Positions 49,916 through 58,089 of a stretch of DNA of 64,000 nt are shown one piece after another. Both the position numbers and the translations under genes were made by a program. A model generated the notes under the pieces. The model saw only the letters and a list, made by a program, of their open reading frames with translations. It was not told the origin of the DNA and ran no database searches. The first letter of the stretch is position 1, and every line of letters starts with the position of its first letter. This DNA comes from Minisyncoccia bacterium. Lineage in GTDB: Bacteria; Patescibacteriota; Minisyncoccia; Phycocordibacterales; Phycocordibacteraceae. Location: positions 442 to 64,441 of the forward strand of contig JBBRPE010000003.1 in assembly GCA_038228545.1 (NCBI GenBank), given 5' to 3'.

Positions 49916-50534
49916 CTACTCCCATGTATCCATCCTTGAGTTCAGATTGAAATTTCTCTTCTTCAAAAGTTTGAGGATCGATACTCCAACTTGATGCAAC
50001 TTTTAATACATCTGACTCATTGGGGAAATCCTCCCAATTCTCCATTGGGGTGGAAAGATAAACAAGGTCTTTTTCAATAGAAGTTGGTTCGCCAACGTTT
50101 CGATAGACCTCACCGCTTTCACCTAAGTAATAAAAACTTCTTTTAAGTTCCCCATTTATTGCACGCGCCCATATGTTCAGTTCAACAACCCGATGATTCG
50201 CAAAGAATTGAGCCTCCCCAAATTCCTTACTTAACACGCATATCTTATCTTCAATATCGGTAAGATCTTCTCTTAAAGAGAGAGCGAGCGCCTGGCCCAC
50301 CACAAATACCCAACCTTCTACTTGAGGAGTAATAAAGATTTCTTTTCCAGCTCCGTTAGCGTATGTAGCTGAAACACCTTCACGCCAGGGTGTCTCTCGA
50401 AGCTTTCGTATACCCAGAATAGCGTCAATTTTTTCATAGTCCGCTGGTGCCTTAATGGCATACCATGCAGTTTTATATGACCAAGCAGCGAACAACGAAT
50501 CAGGTTGAGTAGGTTTCTTAGCAAAGAATTTCAT
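49911..50534 (-). CDS. Hypothetical protein (cassette gene C, AT-rich)
   Basis: 207 aa, AT-rich codon usage unlike the flanking genes, immunity-protein-like small soluble protein. No family assigned. Confidence 0.55.
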   Translation of the reverse strand: MKFFAKKPTQPDSLFAAWSYKTAWYAIKAPADYEKIDAILGIRKLRETPWREGVSATYANGAGKEIFITPQVEGWVFVVGQALALSLREDLTDIEDKICVLSKEFGEAQFFANHRVVELNIWARAINGELKRSFYYLGESGEVYRNVGEPTSIEKDLVYLSTPMENWEDFPNESDVLKVASSWSIDPQTFEEEKFQSELKDGYMGVA

Positions 50535-50560
50535 ATATTTGAATGTATGACATACAGATT

Positions 50561-50590
50561 TTAGTGCTGGCAGTCTGGAACTACGTTGTA
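50561..50590 (-). repeat. att-like repeat 2: degenerate copy of the tRNA-Gln 3' end
   Basis: Minus-strand AGGTTACAACGTAGTTCCAGACTGCCAGCA ends in CCAGCA like the tRNA-Gln 3' terminus (…UCCCAGCA). Located directly after the stop of ORF 50596..51072. Confidence 0.6.
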
Positions 50591-50595
50591 ACCTT

Positions 50596-51072
50596 CTAAT
50601 TAATCAACAGCGAGGTGTAAGTCTCCCACTTTGGGTCACACTTCATCATAAACTGTAGTTGATGCTCTTCAAATTTATCTTGAATGGTTTTGACTTTCGA
50701 CTCAAAATATTCCGGCTTCCACTCTGGCGCGTAGAAAACAAATTCTCTCATACCACCAGTAGTGATAGACATAACATAGAGGAGTCCGTCTTTTGAAAGA
50801 ATCGCGTCAAGCTCATCTTCAATCAAGTTTAGTTCTTGTAACTCACTGCCTTGGGGTAAACCAGCTTCAGTAGGATTTTTGAGCGGAATTACAACACCAA
50901 TCTGAAATGGAAATCTTTCAGAGCCAACCATATTTGAAACTTGTCGTGCGCGTATGAATATTGCTTTGCCTGCGTATTCACCTCGTAACACCTTCCATTC
51001 ATCAGGCATTGGAGTTGGGTTTGAATCATTCTTCTTTGAGAAGTTGAGCATAATGTCTAAATTATCATACAC
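50596..51072 (-). CDS. Hypothetical acidic protein (cassette gene B, AT-rich)
   Basis: 158 aa. Faint resemblance to small acidic immunity/regulator-type proteins, unverified. Confidence 0.55.
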   Translation of the reverse strand: MYDNLDIMLNFSKKNDSNPTPMPDEWKVLRGEYAGKAIFIRARQVSNMVGSERFPFQIGVVIPLKNPTEAGLPQGSELQELNLIEDELDAILSKDGLLYVMSITTGGMREFVFYAPEWKPEYFESKVKTIQDKFEEHQLQFMMKCDPKWETYTSLLIN

Positions 51073-51084
51073 AAATCGAGCTGA

Positions 51085-51112
51085 CTGTTTGGGTCGATGT
51101 TGGAACTTTTTT
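51085..51112 (-). repeat. att-like repeat 1: degenerate copy of the tRNA-Gln 3' end
   Basis: Minus-strand GTTCCAACATCGACCCAAACAGTCAGC, the same motif family as repeats 2 and 3. Located directly after the stop of ORF 51115..51357. Confidence 0.5.
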
Positions 51113-51114
51113 AC

Positions 51115-51357
51115 TTACCACCATGATGTAAAAATTGCACTCAAAAAATTCTCAGCCACAAGCTTCCTGAAGCGAGAACTAACTACCAATCCGAATACGC
51201 CTATTACGACAATGACTCCAGAGACCATAACAATTGGCTGCGCCCCTAGATTTCTATAGAACAAATATGAAAAGGCACTCAGCACAAAAGCTGCAATGGA
51301 GATCAAGAACACAATTACAGGGATCGCTAACAGAATCTCTGAAATGAAGTTTTTCAT
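51115..51357 (-). CDS. Small 2-TM membrane protein (cassette gene A)
   Basis: 80 aa with two hydrophobic helices. It starts 19 nt after the truncated tRNA-Gln copy. Confidence 0.45.
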   Translation of the reverse strand: MKNFISEILLAIPVIVFLISIAAFVLSAFSYLFYRNLGAQPIVMVSGVIVVIGVFGLVVSSRFRKLVAENFLSAIFTSWW

Positions 51358-51375
51358 GTTTTTAGTATATATCAG

Positions 51376-51430
51376 TTGAGAGACTAGGGATCGAACCTAT
51401 ATTCACGGCTTCAAAGACCGCTGTCCTACT
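51376..51430 (-). pseudogene. 5'-truncated duplicate of tRNA-Gln (D-arm to 3' end, no acceptor 5' strand)
   Basis: Minus strand GUAGGACAGCGGUCUUUGAAGCCGUGAAUAUAGGUUCGAUCCCUAGUCUCUCAA is ~90% identical to positions 18-73 of the intact tRNA-Gln. The upstream sequence cannot pair with the 3' strand, so it is not a functional tRNA. Confidence 0.65.
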
Positions 51431-51470
51431 GGCAAGCGACTGAGCGAAGAATGGAATCTGTTCTGTTCAG

Positions 51471-51543
51471 TGCTGGGAGACTAGGGATCGAACCTAGATT
51501 CACGGCTTCAAAGGCCGCTGTCCTACCATTAGACGATCTCCCA
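51471..51543 (-). tRNA. tRNA-Gln (anticodon UUG)
   Basis: Minus strand UGGGAGAUCGUCUAAUGGUAGGACAGCGGCCUUUGAAGCCGUGAAUCUAGGUUCGAUCCCUAGUCUCCCAG(CA). Full cloverleaf with the U1:A72 and G73 Gln identity elements and anticodon loop CUUUGAA. Confidence 0.9.
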
Positions 51544-51675
51544 GCACTGGACGGAACAGGAACGGATTGCATTCTTCCGAGGGAGCGCTGCCAGCAAGCT
51601 CTGCTTACCACTCGCCGATCTCCCAATTTGTGAACCGCACGTTCTCACTTTGCCCGAAGTGGCTCTCCTCGGCAA

Positions 51676-52614
51676 CTACTTAAGTCTACAGGCAACTTTG
51701 AGCGCTGCCACGTCATCGGTCGAAAGCGTGACACCGTCTTTATTGTACGGGAACATTATGGACACCGGATTTTGATTGTGTACGAGACTGAGCGAGTGAC
51801 CAAGCTCATGTGCGAGCGAGTGCAAAAGCTCTGATTGGTTCTTATACGCATAGATATCAATATGCGTCTTTCCATTTGCGTCTCGTACAAAAAGACCCTC
51901 TTCGAAGTCGCCGCTTGCACTTGAATTGAAAGAAGTCACCACCTTATTTATATCTTTCACACGTGCGTTGTAGGTATCTATTTTCTGCTTAAGCTCGGTC
52001 GCTTGTGCATCAAGCTGAGCCCCTTCAGTACGTAGGTCTGATTGCTGTGACTTCAGACTGGCCTGCTCAGACTGTAGTCGCGCGTAGGTTTCCTTGTCTG
52101 CCCCACCTGCGGCATTTACGCGTTGTACCTCTGTTGAATAGCTAGCGCTTGCAGAATTAAAATCAGCAACTGCACTTCCATATGACTGTTGTGCGCTTAC
52201 GTAGTGGCGCTGTGCTGCATCAAGCGACGAACGCTCTGCGGACTGTGAGGCTTCTGTTGAATCAATCGATTTACCGAGTTCAACGGTCTGTTGACGCACG
52301 TCATAGACAAAATTTATCGGCATCGCCTGTGGGTTATCAGGTGCGTATACGAGAACGCTCTTCCCTGCGGCGCTATTCCAGAGGCCGGCACCATCCGCGA
52401 GCTTTGCAACAACTTGCGCCCTCGTAAGGGAGAAACGGGGATCAATGGTTCCTATCGTATAGGGTAACGGCGATGTACAAGGAGCAAAGAATGAAGCAAT
52501 TGCTTCTGACGAAACACGAACGAGGTCTATCGGTTGTTCGTGAAAATACAGTCCGGCGCCGACAAGTACTACAAATGCAGCTCCTGCAACAATGTAGGGT
52601 CTGTATATATTCAT
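51676..52614 (-). CDS. Membrane-anchored metzincin/matrixin-like zinc metalloprotease with coiled-coil linker
   Basis: N-terminal TM, a Gln/Ser/Ala-rich coiled-coil region, and a C-terminal HELGHSLSLVH (HExxHxxGxxH) zincin motif. Confidence 0.8.
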   Translation of the reverse strand: MNIYRPYIVAGAAFVVLVGAGLYFHEQPIDLVRVSSEAIASFFAPCTSPLPYTIGTIDPRFSLTRAQVVAKLADGAGLWNSAAGKSVLVYAPDNPQAMPINFVYDVRQQTVELGKSIDSTEASQSAERSSLDAAQRHYVSAQQSYGSAVADFNSASASYSTEVQRVNAAGGADKETYARLQSEQASLKSQQSDLRTEGAQLDAQATELKQKIDTYNARVKDINKVVTSFNSSASGDFEEGLFVRDANGKTHIDIYAYKNQSELLHSLAHELGHSLSLVHNQNPVSIMFPYNKDGVTLSTDDVAALKVACRLK

Positions 52615-53678
52615 TAACGTGGAGCGAGCAATTCGATAACGGCCAGTTCCAGTGCGAGCGCGGGAACGGGAGAAAAAAGCATCCGTCCAGCGGCCTCGAG
52701 GAATGTTCTGAGTGTCTCGTGTGAGATTTTTGATTCACTATCTAGAGCCAATACCTCAAACTCTGCGTATTCGTCGGTTCCCAGTTCCAACGCAATTTCC
52801 TTACGAAGTTCAGGCGCGTAGCGAATAAGAAGAATGGTGCGAAGCGCCTCAAGCACGAGCGTCAGATACAACTGCATGTCTACATCCTCGCCCGCAGTCT
52901 TCCTAAGTGCAGACAGAGCATTCTCGACATTCCCTGCGGCCAGAGCCTTCGTAAGAGCGAGTACGAGTGCGCGCTTTGGAGCACCAGTTGCCACTTCTGC
53001 TTCTGCAAGCGATATCTTTGAATCACTCGATACGGAAAACACTTTCTCGAGTATGGAAAGCGCGTCACGATAGGAACCTTCCGCAAGCAATGCCACCAGT
53101 TCTGCTGCAGCCGGCTCAAGCGTGTACTTCTCTTTCTTCGCTATCTCCGCTATAAGCGTTGCAAGTCCTGCACGTGTCGGTTTCTTAAATTCAAACACCT
53201 GGGTGCGCGAACGAACAGTGTCGGGCACTTTTTCGAGCTCGGTCGTTGCAAGTATAAAAAGCGCATGCGCCGGTGGCTCTTCGAGAGTTTTCAGAAACGC
53301 ATTCCACGCGCCTTTCGAGAGCATGTGTGCCTCGTCGAGAATGTACACCTTGTACTTCGATTCGAACGGAAGTGTGTAGACGTTCTCGGTAAGAGAACGG
53401 ATATTATCGACGCCGGTATTGGAGGCGGCATCAATCTCATAGAGGTCCTTGTCGCTAGTGCCGAGTTCGTGAGCAAAGATACGTGCAACGGACGTCTTCC
53501 CAAGACCACGCGAGCCGGCAAACAGATACGCATGTCCTACCTTGTCTGATTTAATCTGTTCACTAAGTGGTCCAGTGACTTGCTGCTGACCCGCCACTTC
53601 GCTGAATTTCGAAGGACGATAGGTACGGTATAACGACTGGTGTGCCATGGGGCGATTATACCAGTCCACGAGCTTCAT
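52614..53678 (-). CDS. dnaX: DNA polymerase III gamma/tau subunit (short form)
   Basis: YRPSKFSEVAGQQ..., Walker A GSRGLGKTS, Walker B ILDEAHMLS, SRTQ sensor, 354 aa. Confidence 0.75.
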   Translation of the reverse strand: MKLVDWYNRPMAHQSLYRTYRPSKFSEVAGQQQVTGPLSEQIKSDKVGHAYLFAGSRGLGKTSVARIFAHELGTSDKDLYEIDAASNTGVDNIRSLTENVYTLPFESKYKVYILDEAHMLSKGAWNAFLKTLEEPPAHALFILATTELEKVPDTVRSRTQVFEFKKPTRAGLATLIAEIAKKEKYTLEPAAAELVALLAEGSYRDALSILEKVFSVSSDSKISLAEAEVATGAPKRALVLALTKALAAGNVENALSALRKTAGEDVDMQLYLTLVLEALRTILLIRYAPELRKEIALELGTDEYAEFEVLALDSESKISHETLRTFLEAAGRMLFSPVPALALELAVIELLAPR

Positions 53679-54630
53679 TCAGAACCGAACGTAGTTCTTC
53701 AAGAGCGTTCACATTCATAAGTGTGTTGCGGAGCTCAGCCGCATTCGGCCATCCATTCACAAAGGCTTTGAAGTGCTTTTTTAAGAGGTGAAAAGATTTT
53801 TTCGGTCGCATCTCGTCGAAGTAGCCAGCGAGTATAGAGAGTGCTTCAAGTTTTTCCTGTGGCGTAATTTCTTCCGGATTTCTATCCGTAAACGCCCATG
53901 GATTCCCGAATATTGCTCGACCGAGCATCACGCCGTCGAATCCACTCTGCGCTACCCGCGCACGTGCCTCAGCGAGGGTTTTTACGTCGCCGTTTCCAAG
54001 GAGGAGCGTCTGTGGCGCGTATCGGTTACGCAACGCCAGAACGCGTGGCGCAAGCTCCCAGTGGGCGGGTACGAGCGACATTTCTTTACGTGTACGCAGA
54101 TGTACCGTAAGTGCTGCAATATTTTCCTGCAAAAGAATCGGAAGCCACACATCCATTTCTTCTTTGTTGTAGCCGATGCGTGTCTTTACTGAGACTGGCA
54201 ATCCACTTTCTTTTGCGGCGCGAATAATGGCGGGCGCGTCCTCCATATGCTTTATCATGCCTGCCCCCGCTCCCTGCTTCTCAATTGTTTTATCAGGACA
54301 GCCCATATTTATGTCCACACCGTCAAAACCAAGGGTGGCAGCAAGCTTGGCTGCGTACGCAATGGTTTCCGGATTGCTTCCGAATATCTGTGCAACTATG
54401 GGTCGTTCTTGAGTGCTATAGAGAAAATCTCGCATAAGCGGATTCTCGTCATCCTTCATTCCCTTCCGCTCGCGCGTAGCGTAGAGCCCATCTGCGGAAA
54501 CGAATTCCGTCCAGGTAACATCCGGTTTACCAGACTCCGCAATAAGCCGCCGATAGGCAGGATCGGTGACGTCTGCCATGGGCGCCATGACGAAGAACGG
54601 TTTCGTGAGTTTGTTCCAGAAGGAGTCCAT
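53656..54630 (-). CDS. dus: tRNA-dihydrouridine synthase
   Basis: FVMAPMADVTDPAYRRL, DINMGCP, a conserved Lys and HLR..., a Dus family TIM barrel, 324 aa. Confidence 0.9.
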   Translation of the reverse strand: MDSFWNKLTKPFFVMAPMADVTDPAYRRLIAESGKPDVTWTEFVSADGLYATRERKGMKDDENPLMRDFLYSTQERPIVAQIFGSNPETIAYAAKLAATLGFDGVDINMGCPDKTIEKQGAGAGMIKHMEDAPAIIRAAKESGLPVSVKTRIGYNKEEMDVWLPILLQENIAALTVHLRTRKEMSLVPAHWELAPRVLALRNRYAPQTLLLGNGDVKTLAEARARVAQSGFDGVMLGRAIFGNPWAFTDRNPEEITPQEKLEALSILAGYFDEMRPKKSFHLLKKHFKAFVNGWPNAAELRNTLMNVNALEELRSVLNEARGLV

Positions 54631-54778
54631 ATCGGCACCTTATCTTATTTCATACTTCGCACCAATAGGGACAGTATGGAATCATGCAGATGCGAGGCAT
54701 GGGTAAAAGAGTTCTGAAAACGTACTCACAGTACGATGGAAGAAATCTTTGGGACCCATAACAAAGCAGATGCGGATT

Positions 54779-55732
54779 CTATGGTGTTCCGCGTTTTTTG
54801 AAGAAGACTTTGGAGTCGAAGCGTAAGTCCACATACAGAAGCGAACCGTCGTTCAGGTTTAGACTGGGGAACGACGACGCGGCAAGATTTGCGGCTTTTT
54901 GTTCATGACCAACGACATAGGTAATACGTGTTCCCGCCTGCGTATAGAGGTCTGCCTCGTCATCACGTATATCAACTGAAACCACGTCAGCATTGAGTGA
55001 ACGAATTGCTTTCACGAATTGCAGCAATCCGGGGAGCGATGAAGACTTTTTTATGGTCATACCGAGTGGCGAAGAGCTTGCTTGATTCGTGTCGGTAAGC
55101 GGTGCGTACATGGACAGCATTGATGTTGATGCCTGAGCAGCCTCGAGTACGACGGGAGCGAACACAAAGCCGTTTGCATCGCTCTGATAACAACTCGCAA
55201 GCGGTGCACCTAACGATGTACCACACCACCAGAACGCGGCACCACGCTCGCTCGTAGTGACCGCAAGCGTATTCAGACCGCGTGGCGCAATGGAGACCGC
55301 TTCCACATTCGGAAATGACGCCAGTATATGTGCGCGAAGCTGCGCTTCCGGAAGAAAGAAAATGGAGTTGCGTGGAAGAATCAGAAAACGAGTACCGGAA
55401 AGGTCGTTCAGTACGAACGATTGAATTTCCGTACTGCTTGGACCTTCAGACTGAACTGCTTGCACGCGGAAGGTTGGTAGCCAGAGGACTACTTCCATAC
55501 CAAGCGCGAGTAAGACGACAACGATACCTATAAGAACCAGCCACGTGCGCCGTGCACGCTGACGGCGACGCTTAAGGGGTGTGCGAGGCGCCCCGCGTGA
55601 GGCAGCGCGCACTGATTCTCGCTTCGTTGGTACTGCGCGCTTTGGAACACGAACACGCTCCGGCTCTCGCGCCAGTGCTGGCGCTACCGGCGCAGACCGA
55701 GGACTACGCTGTATGTCCCAACTCTTCGCCAT
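54779..55732 (-). CDS. ftsQ: Cell division protein FtsQ/DivIB-like
   Basis: Arg-rich cytoplasmic N-terminus, a single TM (WLVLIGIVVVLLALG), and a POTRA-like region (FRVQAVQSEG...). Overlaps the serS start by 29 nt. Confidence 0.65.
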   Translation of the reverse strand: MAKSWDIQRSPRSAPVAPALAREPERVRVPKRAVPTKRESVRAASRGAPRTPLKRRRQRARRTWLVLIGIVVVLLALGMEVVLWLPTFRVQAVQSEGPSSTEIQSFVLNDLSGTRFLILPRNSIFFLPEAQLRAHILASFPNVEAVSIAPRGLNTLAVTTSERGAAFWWCGTSLGAPLASCYQSDANGFVFAPVVLEAAQASTSMLSMYAPLTDTNQASSSPLGMTIKKSSSLPGLLQFVKAIRSLNADVVSVDIRDDEADLYTQAGTRITYVVGHEQKAANLAASSFPSLNLNDGSLLYVDLRFDSKVFFKKRGTP

Positions 55733-57029
55733 TGCTTGCTCCGGTTACTTCTTCAGTCCCAACGATTTCCTTTGCTATCACGCTTTTCCCCATGTACGGC
55801 ACGAGTGCTTCTGGTACACGAATACTACCGTCCGCTTGCTGGTAGTTTTCAATAATAGAAACGAGGATGCGTGGCACTGGAACTGCCGTTGAGTTAAGTG
55901 AGTGTGCAAACTGCATTTTTCCTTCCGCGTCGCGGTAGCGAATATTCAAGCGCCGCGTCTGGAAATCATGGAAATAAGACGCTGAACTAATCTCGCGATA
56001 GGTCTCCTCAGCAGGAACCCACAACTCTATATCGTACTTCTTCACCTGACCGAGACCGAGGTCTCCACCGCAGTTAACCACCGTGTGATACGGAATACCG
56101 AGAAGCTCCATAAATTCCTCCGTGTTGCGATTTAATTCTTCATGGAGAGCAACGGTTGTCGTGTGTGATGCCTCACAGAGTGCGACCTGTTCCCACTTGT
56201 TAAATTCATGCACCCGTATAAGTCCCCGGACATCTTTGCCATGAGCGCCAGCTTCCCGGCGGAAGCAGGGGCTAAACGCGAGAAACTTTACGGGAAGCTG
56301 AGCAAGCTCAAGCGTCTCGTCCATGTAAAAACCCATAGTTGCAACTTCCGCAGTACCAGCGAGATAATCGCCATCCTGTGTCTTATATAAATCTTCTTCT
56401 CCTTGTGGGAGATAGCCGGTACCCATGAATGTCTCACGACGCACGAGTGACGGCGCAAGTAACGGCATAAACTTCTTTCCGGTCCAGTGCTTAAGGGCAA
56501 GCTGCCAAATGGCATTCATAAGCAGTACGCCGTCGCCCTTGAGGAAGTAGCCACGGAAGCCGGCAACCTTTGCACCGCGTTCGAAGTCTGCCATGTCGAG
56601 AGCCACCATCAAATCAACATGGTTCTTTGGCACGAACGAAAATTCCGGCTTATCGCCCCACACACTTACTTCTTTATTGTCCGCATCACTTTCGCCTTCC
56701 GGCACAGACATGTCCGGAATATTTGGCACCGTAAGCATCAGCGCCTGCCACTCCGTCATTACTGTTTTGTACTTTTCGTCGTACTCCGTCATTCCCTGCT
56801 TTACGTGACGCATCGCCTCAAGAAGCTTCTCTTTCGCCTCCCCACTTGCCATGGAGATTTGATTGCTTGCGCGATTCTGTTCTGCACGCATTTCATCGAG
56901 CTTGGCACGAAGCGTCTTGCGTTCATCATCAAGCGAAAGGAGACGGTCAATATCAACCTTCATGCGCTTCTTGGACGCACCCGCCTTAATGAGGTCCGCG
57001 TTTTCGCGGATAAAGTGGATATCTAGCAT
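55704..57029 (-). CDS. serS: Seryl-tRNA synthetase
   Basis: Start at MLDIHFIRENADL (canonical SerRS N-terminus, ATG at 57027-57029). N-terminal coiled-coil and class-II motifs (FRREAGAHGKDVRGLIRVHEF, GGDLGLGQ). The 64 upstream codons of the track ORF are excluded. Confidence 0.93.
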   Translation of the reverse strand: MLDIHFIRENADLIKAGASKKRMKVDIDRLLSLDDERKTLRAKLDEMRAEQNRASNQISMASGEAKEKLLEAMRHVKQGMTEYDEKYKTVMTEWQALMLTVPNIPDMSVPEGESDADNKEVSVWGDKPEFSFVPKNHVDLMVALDMADFERGAKVAGFRGYFLKGDGVLLMNAIWQLALKHWTGKKFMPLLAPSLVRRETFMGTGYLPQGEEDLYKTQDGDYLAGTAEVATMGFYMDETLELAQLPVKFLAFSPCFRREAGAHGKDVRGLIRVHEFNKWEQVALCEASHTTTVALHEELNRNTEEFMELLGIPYHTVVNCGGDLGLGQVKKYDIELWVPAEETYREISSASYFHDFQTRRLNIRYRDAEGKMQFAHSLNSTAVPVPRILVSIIENYQQADGSIRVPEALVPYMGKSVIAKEIVGTEEVTGASNGEELGHTA

Positions 57030-57067
57030 GTAGTCCACTATACGGCACCACACCCAGTCAGAAAAGT

Positions 57068-57937
57068 GTGATACTGGTACACATGGACAGTCGCGAGCTC
57101 GCGCGCGAAGACTATCCGGTACAACTGCGTGAAATTCCGCAGCCACCGGAGCGTCTATGGATGCGTGGCACATTTCCTCCCGTAGGAACCAAGTACCTTG
57201 CAGTAGTTGGTTCGCGCGCACTCACGAGCTATGGACGTGAGGCATGCGCACGACTTATAGGAGGACTTGCAGGATATCCCATCTCTATTGTTTCCGGTCT
57301 CGCACTTGGCGCGGACGCCGCCGCACATAGAGCCGCTCTCGCTGCAGGGCTTCACACCATTGCCGTTCCTGGTTCAGGACTTTCTGACCGTGCTATTTCA
57401 CCAAAAAGCAATCTTGGACTTTCGCGTGAAATTCTTGCTGCGGGCGGCGGACTTATTTCCGAGCATGAGGACGACTACCTACCGCATGCGTACGACTTTC
57501 CTTCACGCAATCGCATCATGGTTGGCCTCGCTGACGCCGTGCTCATGATAGAAGCGGGAGAGAAGTCTGGGACGCTCATAACCGCGCGTCTTACCACGGA
57601 GTACAATCGAGATCTTCTGTGCGTGCCCCATCGCATTGGGGACGTACATGGATTCGGCTCGCATTTATTCTTACGACTTGGGGCGACGCTCACCACGCAT
57701 CCGCTTCACATACTCGAAGCTCTACACATTGCTCCGCGACTTGAGGGCGATGCATCGTCTTCTCTAGTGCTCGTTGGTAACGAGAAGATTTTGTACGACC
57801 TTCTAACAGAACCCGTAAGCCGAGATGATGCAGTGCGACGCTCGAAGTTATCCGTCGCAGATGCGCTCACCGCCCTCGTAACGCTTGAGCTCAAAGGGCT
57901 CGCTCGTGAAGAATTTGGTGCCTGGCGGAGATTCTAA
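57068..57937 (+). CDS. dprA: DNA processing protein DprA (Smf)
   Basis: VVGSRALTSYGREACARLIGGLAGYPISIVSGLALGADAAAHRAAL...IAVPGSGL, a Rossmann-like DprA core. It lies adjacent to topA, the common arrangement. Confidence 0.9.
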   Translation: MILVHMDSRELAREDYPVQLREIPQPPERLWMRGTFPPVGTKYLAVVGSRALTSYGREACARLIGGLAGYPISIVSGLALGADAAAHRAALAAGLHTIAVPGSGLSDRAISPKSNLGLSREILAAGGGLISEHEDDYLPHAYDFPSRNRIMVGLADAVLMIEAGEKSGTLITARLTTEYNRDLLCVPHRIGDVHGFGSHLFLRLGATLTTHPLHILEALHIAPRLEGDASSSLVLVGNEKILYDLLTEPVSRDDAVRRSKLSVADALTALVTLELKGLAREEFGAWRRF

Positions 57938-58089
57938 TATACGAAGACCGCCTGCGGATGTATACGGAGTGCCCGATACTTTTTTGAAAACAGCACGCAT
58001 ACCGTCGGTGCCGGCTTGCACTTCTTCTATCTATACGAGGATGCAATCCTTGACTTCTAGTAGGTATGCACGTTATGCATACCTTATAT

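Noticed and set aside
51376-51455. Second functional tRNA-Gln downstream of the first
   Set aside because: The D-arm to 3' end is nearly identical to tRNA-Gln, but the sequence 5' of the D-arm (CUUCGCU…) cannot pair with the 3' acceptor strand (UCUCUCA). It is therefore called a truncated pseudo-copy.
51426-51633. Track ORFs 51426..51626 (-) and 51451..51633 (+)
   Set aside because: They lie entirely within tRNA-Gln, its fragments and GC-rich hairpins, so they are not coding.
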